From Atractiella rhizophila (lineage: Eukaryota): a stretch of 23,632 bases of DNA. Below are positions 11,217-19,175 of the stretch, piece by piece; within the stretch, counting starts at the first letter, position 1, and the number at the start of each line of letters is the position of its first letter. The notes under the pieces were generated by a model. The model ran no database searches, had not been told where the DNA came from, and saw nothing but the letters and a program-made list of their open reading frames with translations. A program made the position numbers and the translations under genes. The stretch lies in the NCBI GenBank assembly GCA_021432655.1, contig MU271346.1, forward strand, positions 62,001-85,632, read 5' to 3'.

Positions 11217-12046
11217 ATGCCTTCTCTTCGCTTGGGATACAAAGCCCCCGACTTCGAAGCTGAGACCACCCAAGGTCCCATCAAGTTTTACGAGTTTTTC
11301 GAGAACAACTCGAAATGGGTCATCCTCTTCTCTCACCCCGCGTAAGTTTGCATTCATTGGGAAGAATGGGCCATGGCTAACGCTTCGTGTTATAGCGATT
11401 TCACCCCCGTGTGCACTACGGAATTGGGCGAGGTGGCGAGGATCCAGCCAGAATTCGAGAAGAGAGGAGTAAAGGTTATTGGCCTTAGCTGCAACGAGTT
11501 GAAGAGCCACGAGGAGTGGATTTCTGAGTGTGTATTTCTCCTACATTCTGTGATTGAAATCCTTCGCTGAAACACACTATCAATGCAGCATCAACGAACT
11601 TTCAAACGTCACCCTTAGCTTCCCCATCATAGCCGACCCCGATCGTAAGGTTGCTACGACCTATGACATGCTTGATGCTTTGGACGCCACAAACGTTGAT
11701 GCTAAAGGTGAGCTCGTTTTCGTTATCTCGGGTCGCGAACCAACTGACTAATATATTTTGCGCAGGAATCCCCTTCACTGTCCGCTCTGTCTTCATCATC
11801 GATCCCACCCACACTATTCGTACGATGCTCACCTACCCCGCATCAACGGGCCGTCAATTCGACGAGATTCTGAGGATCGTTGATTCCCTCCAGACGGGAG
11901 ACAAATATAAAGTCACCACGCCTGCTAACTGGCGCCCTGGGGACAAGGTCATCGTTCACCCTTCGATTAAGACGGAGGACGCCCACAAGATCTTCGAAAA
12001 GGGAGTGGATGTGAAGAAGCCTTATTTGAGGTTTACTCAGGTCTAA
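11217..12046 (+). CDS. PRX1: 1-Cys peroxiredoxin (Prx6 subfamily), 4 exons
   Basis: MPSLRLGYKAPDFEAETTQGPI...WVILFSHPA|DFTPVCTTELG...FPIIADPDRKVA...GIPFTVRSVFIIDP...TYPASTGRQFDEILR...TPANWRPGDKV...KPYLRFTQV*. PVCTTE is the Prx6 active-site signature. No obvious mitochondrial presequence. Confidence 0.97.
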
Positions 12047-12295
12047 ACATTTTCGGACCGAAGTACAAGGTCTCTTTTGTTTCTAAGAATTCTGTTGTGC
12101 CATTCCGATTGTGTGCAAGTAGGAGCTGTGAATTATATGGTAATGTCATGAATTTATAGATGCACTTGTAGCTGCACCCGCTGCGGGTATACGTCACATC
12201 GATTCAGGGTATCGCACACACTGAAGCAGACTCTGAGAAGAGTTTGGATAAATTGACAACGGCCCAATAAATTTTATGAGTGAGATGATGTACGG

Positions 12296-13495
12296 TTATC
12301 GACTCGAAAACAAGCTATCTAAAGCAGCTGAAAGTTGAACCAGAAGGTACTTCTCCTTCTTCTTCTTCTCAACAGGAGCAGTTTTACTAGGCTTCCACTC
12401 TGGGATTTCGCCAACAATGGCGTCGTGTATCATCTTCGCAGAAGCCGAGTAGCGAAGCGACCACCCCTCCTTCTCCTTCTCCCCTTTTGGCCCCTGACGC
12501 AAACCGCGTCGAAGATCGGCGTTGCTCCGCAACCATATTGAGGCAATTCTATCCAAGGGGTGTTCGAGAGGTGCAAAGTGGAACGGCGATGGTACATACC
12601 TGCTGTCCTCCGACTTAGTGTGGATCTCGACCTTAATTGGATCGAGGTAAGCAAATTGCTCTAGGATGGTCGCTTCCGTCTCAAGGTCTGAAATGCCATC
12701 AACAACCAAATTCCGAGTCCATGGATCGTCGAGGGGGAACAGGTTGCCGCGGATGAACAGCTTGAAGGGAAAACTGTCTTGATGGCGTGAAACGAAGGCA
12801 TAGACGGTCGCCAAAACCTGGAAGGATTCCCACTCAATCAAAAACTGGGGTCGACTCGGATCATTCCTCTTCTTCCTGTTAAAGCGGCCAGGCAACATCA
12901 ATTCCAAAGGCCCCTTGACGCAAAAAACTAAGTGAGAAACGGACACAATGATATACCGTGTATTTCTTCGATGCCGGAATCCAGACTTTGTGTTCCAGAA
13001 GCGCTCCTTGAAATAGTCAATGAAGTCCTCATTTGACCCTGTGTAGCTTTTCGATGGTTCCACGCCGGTCACGTATCCTTTGGTTTCACTTATTGGGACG
13101 AATCCAACCCGGCGGTCCGTGAAAGTTGATGGAATAGCAGGAGTTGGTTTGTGGACAATCGGTGGGATTCTACGTTTATCTGTGCGGGAGGCAGAAGTGG
13201 CAGACTGCGTCGCTTCGGAGTCCGGGGCTGGGTCAGATAGAAGTTCCACAATTTCTGGTGGTAATGTAGACAGATTCCGTCGTGAATGAAAACGATATGG
13301 TGTACGAGAGAATGCTCTTGGTATCTCGGAAGTAAGCGTTGGTTTATGGGTAGAATCTATCAAGAATGAGCGACAGAAACGAGACAGCGAGGTCGGTGAT
13401 TTGCGTTTAGCCAATGACTTGGCAAAGTAGGAGGTGAGTTGAGCGGTGTAAGAGACTGATGCTGCCGCATTCATAGCTAGCATTCCGTGCATCAT
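12296..13495 (-). CDS. Uncharacterised protein, possibly with a mitochondrial presequence and degenerate RRM-like domains
   Basis: Long open frame; first ATG at 13495, alternative at 13474. The N-terminus is R/K/S-rich and acid-poor. Two probable in-frame introns: 12956-12876 and 12599-12549. RNLVVDGISDLETEATILEQFAY...IASIWL resembles an RRM pattern (inference). Confidence 0.65.
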   Translation of the reverse strand: MMHGMLAMNAAASVSYTAQLTSYFAKSLAKRKSPTSLSRFCRSFLIDSTHKPTLTSEIPRAFSRTPYRFHSRRNLSTLPPEIVELLSDPAPDSEATQSATSASRTDKRRIPPIVHKPTPAIPSTFTDRRVGFVPISETKGYVTGVEPSKSYTGSNEDFIDYFKERFWNTKSGFRHRRNTRYIIVSVSHLVFCVKGPLELMLPGRFNRKKRNDPSRPQFLIEWESFQVLATVYAFVSRHQDSFPFKLFIRGNLFPLDDPWTRNLVVDGISDLETEATILEQFAYLDPIKVEIHTKSEDSRYVPSPFHFAPLEHPLDRIASIWLRSNADLRRGLRQGPKGEKEKEGWSLRYSASAKMIHDAIVGEIPEWKPSKTAPVEKKKKEKYLLVQLSAALDSLFSSR

Positions 13496-13776
13496 CAGTT
13501 GAATATGCACCTTCAGCCGCTGAATCCACGAACCGTTCTTCACGAAACCTGAGCAATTATGCCACTGCACTGGAAAAGGTTATCTGCAAGCTATCAAATT
13601 GCGGTCAGTATTACGGCGTGAAACGCTCAATGCCCCGAACTTGGGAAAGTCCTTGTTCTGGACGGAGCCGAGTGGTCGGACTTGAACTTTTGAAACGCGA
13701 TCTCAAAAGCAAAGCGCGACCTGGCTCAGAAGACCATAAGAGCATCATTCCTCCCCTACACAGCATTCAGCAGCCC

Positions 13777-15094
13777 ATGGTGCCCTCTCGAACCCCCTCC
13801 CTCCTCGGCTTCGGCCGTGGCCAACCCATCCCGCAAGCACGCACGCCACCCATGCCTTCCACAGCTAACCCTCCTCCTTCCAAAGGAGGCACCCACCCAC
13901 TCAAGCACTCCTGGTCCATATCGTTCCTCTTCCGCTCAACTTCGAAACTTGACTCAGATTGGTCCGGAGCGCTACGACACCTCGGCTCGTTCGGGTCCAT
14001 CGAGAGCTTCTGGCTACTCTTCTCTCACCTCTCCAGGCCGTCAATGCTCCCTTCGATATCCGACATCCATATATTTCAAAGCTCTATACGTCCTGTCTGG
14101 GAAGATCCAGCTAATGCGAGTGGAGGGAAGTTCCTGATCCGGCTAAAGAAAGGAGTGGAGGATAGGGTGTGGGAAGAGGTTGCCATGGCTTTGGTAGGGG
14201 AGATGCTGGTCGCCGACGCAATAGACGGAGAGGAAGATGATGGAGACGGAGCGGTTGTTTGTGGGATAGTGATGAGCGTAAGGAGCAACGAATGCGTGCT
14301 CAGTGTGTGGAATAAAGACAAGGACGACAAGAAGGGGAGGGAAAGGATCAGGTTTGTATTCTCACGCATCTTATTTGTATGGGGTTGTTCCTTGTCCCAA
14401 AATGGTATAGCCCTTCAAGTCAATTCTGCAAGCGAAATATGTTGGGAGTGTGTGATGACCGTTCACAATTTATTGTTCCTGTCCTGTCAAGGTTACAGCC
14501 ATCAGATGATTTTCGTTCACTATGGGATCAGATCACATTTGGCGCTCAGTTGTTGGCGCGGAAAATCGATCTCTAAGCCTTAGTAAGGCGCTTGCCAAGG
14601 AAGTATATCGAAGAACCTTCACCTGTCTTATTCATGCTCCTTGGGCGAGTCTACTGACGGTCTGATCCGTGGGAACTATCCAAGTAGAAAGCTTTCAAAG
14701 CAATCTACTCAAATTATGGAATAATGGGCTGATAAATGGTGACAGGAGCGGCATCCTTAAAGTTCTTCATCGCCTATGGCGTCCTCCAGCAGGTATCACG
14801 GCAACAGAACCGCCAGCAAACTTCGTCTCGGTCGAATACAAGCCTCACCCTCTTCCCTCCGCCACTCCACAACCAATCACACCTTCGACATTGACGTTTG
14901 CCAATCTAGAAGAGCGGGGTAACGAGCGAAGCGAAGGATATTTCGAAAACAGGCCCTCTCGTGGGCGGGGTAGGAGAAGGGAGGGGAGTGAGGTTGAGGT
15001 TCATGGAGGGGAGGGAAGGGATTGGGCGGGAAAAGGAGGAGGTCGATCTTGGGGAATGGGCAGAAAGGAGAGCCAAAGAGAGATCGTGGAATGA
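13777..15094 (+). CDS. eIF4E-family cap-binding protein, class II (4EHP/nCBP)-like; 2 exons
   Basis: HPLKHSW...SIESFW...IRPVWEDPANASGGKFLIRLKKG..DRVWEE...VCGIVMSVR...LSVWNK. Intron 14352-14745 (GTTTGT...GACAG) joins ERIR to SGILKVL...VEYKPH, followed by an R/G-rich tail. The start could also be the ATG at 13852. Confidence 0.92.
14452..14676 (+). ncRNA. Candidate structured intronic RNA (snoRNA-like or regulatory fold); unclassified
   Basis: Lies within a 394 nt intron. Box C-like GTGATGA at 14452-14458 and CTGA at 14654 and 14662. The long stem 14515-14534 pairs with 14659-14676, and the inner stem 14580-14601 pairs with 14638-14657. No rRNA guide recognised. Confidence 0.3.
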
Positions 15095-15104
15095 GCACAT
15101 GTCC

Positions 15105-16000
15105 AGTGGTTAATGGAGCATCCATGTTGTTATCCTGCCCAACGATCGTATCTGCGCTGGTAGAATTTTGTAGAAGCGCCTGAATGTCCCTCTAACCGAG
15201 TCATGAGAAGAGAAATGATGAAGGGGAATTGCGTATTTCCTGTGAGAGTTGATAGAACCGCCATACAAACTAGACGGAGGAACGACGCACGCAAAGCTTG
15301 CATGGGAATATTGTTGACATCTGCCCCTTTGGCAACTAACCATTTCGTCGTGCTTTCCCAAGGACGATCTCCACCCCCTGCTGATCCCCCCCTCTCAATT
15401 CAACATCCAACATCAGATCACGATTGGGAGCGTTCCTCAAGGCACGCTTGTGAGCTTCGAGACGCTCTGTTCTTCAGTGGTAATGGAGACTTCGGACCGT
15501 TCATCTCGTCGCTTCCCCAAGATCTCCACCGACCAATCCGCGAAGCATTCTGAATTCTCGCAACGTCTTTCGTGACGCAACAAAGATGTCTGCAAGAAAG
15601 CGAAACGTGGAAATATTTGAACTGGAAGTCCACATCAAGAACCTCCAGAGTGGTTGACTAAGGGAGGTAGCGCATGTCTAAGTAGAGCGCACCGGGTACC
15701 ATGCCCAACTTCAGACGGGAGGGGTGCAGAAGCGAGGAGAGGGAAAAGACGAGCATGAGTTGTCGAAAAATCTATACCAGATTTCGACAGTGTTCAGTGT
15801 CGCGGAAAAGGGAGAAATGAAAGAGCAAATATCCGCCAGATCGGTGACCGATGGGGAAGCGACTGAGATGTGGAAGGTTTGCGTAAGCTCGTCAGGTTTG
15901 GAGCGATCGAAGGCGAGGCGAGGAGAGAAATGGACCCAAACTCGGGATTTCGAAGCTTGAGAGATCGCAGAATCGCTGATTATGAAAGGCGAGTCGTAGC
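15105..16000. repeat. Segment B, directly repeated at 17904-18804
   Basis: Both copies start AGTGGTTAATGGAGCATCC and end GGCGAGTCGTAGC. They are roughly 90-95% similar by eye and differ by a micro-inversion at 15476-15511. Confidence 0.95.
15270..16000 (-). pseudogene. Truncated copy of a degenerate LRR/F-box-like gene
   Basis: Homologous to 18069-18804, broken by frameshifts and the micro-inversion, and cut off at 16000. Confidence 0.45.
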
Positions 16001-16264
16001 CCTTGACAAAATCGTGCGCCTCCTCCTTTCGCCACTTGCGCACTTGCGCGTTTCCACTTTCGTCGAGCGTGTTCTGGAACTGTGGCAACTTCTCTTTTGC
16101 CACAGGGATCTTAGCTATAAAAGCCTTTCACCTGCAAGTGCGAGACTCACACTTATTTGTTATCTCGCACTTTGCAGGTAATGTAGTTCCCTTACATACT
16201 AAATGCAACACACACACTTATTTGTTATCTCGCACTTTGCAGCGCTCGCACATTTGTCAAACCA
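16001..16264. repeat. Junction segment X with hairpins, a 30 bp direct repeat and a reiterated CGCACTT(T)GC motif
   Basis: 9 bp stem CTGTGGCAA/TTGCCACAG (16080-16105); 16 bp inverted repeat 16130-16145/16163-16179; identical 30-mer at 16148-16177 and 16213-16242. Confidence 0.85.
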
Positions 16265-16911
16265 TTCGCTGAGCCAGTTTGACGGCATACAGACTTGAAA
16301 GCAACTCGAGACTCGGATGAAATGAAGTAGAGAGCGAGAGAGAACCTCTAACCTCCGAAATATATCCAGTCGTGAGAAAGCGCTTGTATCCAGTTCGCTG
16401 GAGACCTTCAATGAAATTGAGTAGGATAGGGTCACTGCTTCCGTATGATTGGGCCGCCAAAGGTTCAAGAAGTCGTTTGACTGCCACCCTCCGTATCAGC
16501 TCTCACTGGCTTGCACTGCAGAAAATACAATAGACATTAGGATCGTTGAGTCCTGAAAAGGAAACAGGATCACCGTTGAGATAATCAGGGGCAAACACGT
16601 CGAAATAATACCCAAAAATTGCACGCGAGGAGCTTGTGATTCACATGAGGGAGTCCAAAAACAGCGGTGAGGTATATGAGCGCTTCTTTCCTTGGATTCA
16701 ACCCCCCCTTGTGCAAATTAACGCAGGTGGAACTCCGTTTATTGTCTTCATAGTGCCTAAGCGGCGCGTGAATCAGAAATGTGCAAAGCGGACGGATGGA
16801 CGAACCATTTGATGTACCTTCCCACGTCACTTCATGACCGCAACCCTTGCATGGAAGGAGAAGAGCGGCAGAGGTAAGAGCAGCCAGCAGGTAAAAAGCG
16901 CAGAGCTTTAT
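16265..16911 (-). pseudogene. 3'-truncated second copy of the dienelactone hydrolase pseudogene
   Basis: The start codon is ATA (16911-16909), the G-run is 7 nt versus 11 nt, the GYCFG codons are disrupted (GGATATATTTCG), and the copy ends after KLAQR at 16265. Confidence 0.85.
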
Positions 16912-17902
16912 TGTCGGGAACTATTAGAAAATTTTGAGGTAGCTTATACCGGACCATCCAATTTATACCACTTCCTGCGGTTGCTTTAGTATGTGGTGCA
17001 CTCCTTCAATTTCGTATTAGTCAGAGAACTGCGTCAGTCTCAACGTTACGTTCTAGGCGTGAGGTCGATCCATGGCAACCGGAGAGTTCTGTAAATGCTT
17101 GCTCAGCAAAAAGCTTCAAAGAACCTTGCCAGCGGGGCTGAGGCAGCGCGGAAAGCGAAGCACCTGACAATCGAACTATCAACAGGGGAAATGCAGGGGT
17201 AACAAGGCGAAACAGTACAAAAAGACTGCGTGATCTCTGTACGTCTTGCAAATACACGAGAGCCGGTGAATAGAGGAAAGTTTGATGAACACCTATCCCC
17301 TGCCTGAACTCGGGAGGCAAGACGCACCTGCGAGAATCCGTGCTCGTGAGGTGTTTATCAGAAATGCTCGATTTAATAAGTGCAAATTCAATGCGGGCCA
17401 GAGTCCAGGGATGATTATTCTTTTGGTTAGGTTATTTTCAAGAAGCTTTTTTTTGTTAAGGAGAGTTCTGGGGCACAAGAGCTGGAGGATGTTCTCAATC
17501 CACAGACTTCAGCGGGGATGAAAAGAATGTATTCTCAGCCCAAAAAAGCAGCATTCAAGCATTTCAACTGTGGATGGTACATAGACCTCGTCCTATCAAA
17601 TACATCTCTTCTGCTCTTTTGACAGGCGAAGCATTGTTCCACGCCATTGTAATCATGCCACCTAGGAAGCAGAGGCAAGGAGATAAATTGGATAAATTGC
17701 GACCTGTACCAATGTGGAGAAGCGGTGGATGCTGAATTATCTACCTTGAATATCTCTTTTGCAACGAAACGCTTATAGAGAGCTAATCGCTCGTTCCCGT
17801 TCCTTTCTTGCAGAAAAAAGACGAACTGTTGCGTGGACTCCGACATCTCATGCATTGTCCATGCTGGGTCATACTACTTCTCTTTCACTGCTCCTCTCCC
17901 CG
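16265..17902 (-). repeat. Inverted copy of segment A (8712-10356)
   Basis: Mirrored ORFs, e.g. 8759..8959(+) vs 17535..17855(-) and 9119..9433(+) vs 17293..17478(-); end matches read directly. Confidence 0.95.
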
Positions 17903-17903
17903 A

Positions 17904-18804
17904 AGTGGTTAATGGAGCATCCATGTTGTTATCCTGCCCAACGATCGTATCTGCGCTGGTAGAATTTTGCAGAAGCGCCTGAATGTCCCTCTAACCGAGT
18001 CATGAGAATAGAAATGATAAAGAGGAATTGCGTATTTCCTGTGAGAGTTGATAGAACCGCCATACAAACTAGACAGAGGAACGACGCACGCAAAGCTTGC
18101 ATGGGAATACAATGTTGACATCTGCCCCTTTGGCAACTAACCATTTCCTCGTGCTTTCCCAAGGAAGGTCTCCACCCCCTGCTGATCCCCCTCCTCTCAA
18201 TTCAACATCCAACAGAAGATCACGAATGGGAGCGTTCCTCAAGGCACGCTTCTGAGCTTCGAGACGCTCTGTTCTTCCGACGAGATGAACGGTCTGAAGT
18301 CGCTCCATTACCAATGCTTCCCCAAGATCTCCACCGACCAATCCGCGAGGCATTCTGAATTCTCGCAACGTCTTTCGTGACACAACAAAGATGTCTGCAA
18401 GAAAGCGAAACGTGGCAATATTGGAACTGGAAGTCCACATCGAGAACCTCCAGAGTGGTTGACCAAGGGAGGTAGCGCATGTCTAAGTAGAGCGCAGCGG
18501 GTACCATGCCCAACTTCAGACGGGAGCGGTGCAGAAGCGAGGAGAGGGAAAAAACGAGCAATGAGTTGTCGAAAAATCTATACCAGATTTCGACCGTGTT
18601 CAGTGTCGCGGAAAAGGAAGAAATGAAAGAGCAAATATCCGCCAGATCGGTGACTGATGGGGGAGCGACTGAGATGTGGAAAGTATGCGTAAGCTCGTCA
18701 GGTTTGGAGCGATCGAAGGCGAGGTGAGGAGAAATGGACCCAAACTCGGGATTTCGAAGCTTGAGAGGTCGCAGAATCGCTGATTATGGAGGGCGAGTCG
18801 TAGC
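17904..18804. repeat. Second copy of segment B
   Basis: Begins one nucleotide (A17903) after the end of the inverted A copy and continues into unique sequence 18805-19060. Confidence 0.95.
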
Positions 18805-19060
18805 TCTCGTATGTCGCGTCCCTTGCTCTTGAGAATGTGTTCAAGCTGCTTCTTGAGCAGCATTGTCGCTTTTTCTCGGAAGACTAAGGGGCTTGCCTTC
18901 TATTGAAACCAGTGGAGCTCTTGCTGTGAAGCATCCTCCCAATTGCTAGATACATCTTTATGAAACCGGAAGATGTCGATGCTAATCGTTCGCACGAAAA
19001 GTATCAGTGAGGACGGGCAGAGCGTCGGATGTAACCAGCCACACGTTTCAGAAGCAGAAG
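18069..19060 (-). pseudogene. Degenerate leucine-rich (F-box/LRR-like) gene, 5' end replaced by the telomere tract
   Basis: Overlapping minus-strand pieces in different frames carry LxxLxL-type patterns: GRDIRELRL, APNLTSLRI, SATLNTVEI, STTLEVLDVD, SRKTLREFRM and MERLQTVHL. There is an in-frame TAG near 18900 and an intron-like GTGTGG...TTAG at ~19045-18982. The family is inferred only. Confidence 0.5.
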
Positions 19061-19101
<41 letters not shown>

Positions 19102-19174
19102 GGTTAGGGTTAGGGTTAGGGTTAGGGTTAGGGTTAGGGTTAGGGTTAGGGTTAGGGTTAGGGTTAGGGTTAGG
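19061..19174 (+). repeat. Interstitial telomeric repeat (TTAGGG)3 TTTAGGG (TTAGGG)14 TTAGG
   Basis: Read directly: 114 bp with the G-rich strand on +, i.e. oriented as a cap for the sequence to its left. Confidence 0.99.
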
Positions 19175-19175
19175 A

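Noticed and set aside
1..12046. Secondary-metabolite or detoxification cluster (MFS + Zn2Cys6 + hydrolase + peroxiredoxin)
   Set aside because: No backbone enzyme in the window, the hydrolase is a pseudogene, and such adjacency is common in fungal genomes.
13865..13872. CTAACCCT as a telomerase RNA template
   Set aside because: A short match inside the eIF4E coding frame (ANPP) with no supporting structure; expected by chance.
16148..16242. 30 bp repeat - 35 bp spacer - 30 bp repeat with CRISPR-like dimensions
   Set aside because: Only two units, no cas genes, and a eukaryotic context; better explained as a junctional duplication or element end.
8712..17902. A and inverted A as terminal inverted repeats of a giant transposon carrying PRX1 and eIF4E
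   Set aside because: The repeats are intron-containing gene fragments, the hydrolase gene continues past the inner end of the left copy, and there is no transposase or target-site duplication.
15105..18804. B and B' as LTRs of a retroelement
   Set aside because: No TG...CA ends, no PBS/PPT and no gag/pol between them; the internal region is an inverted copy of local DNA.
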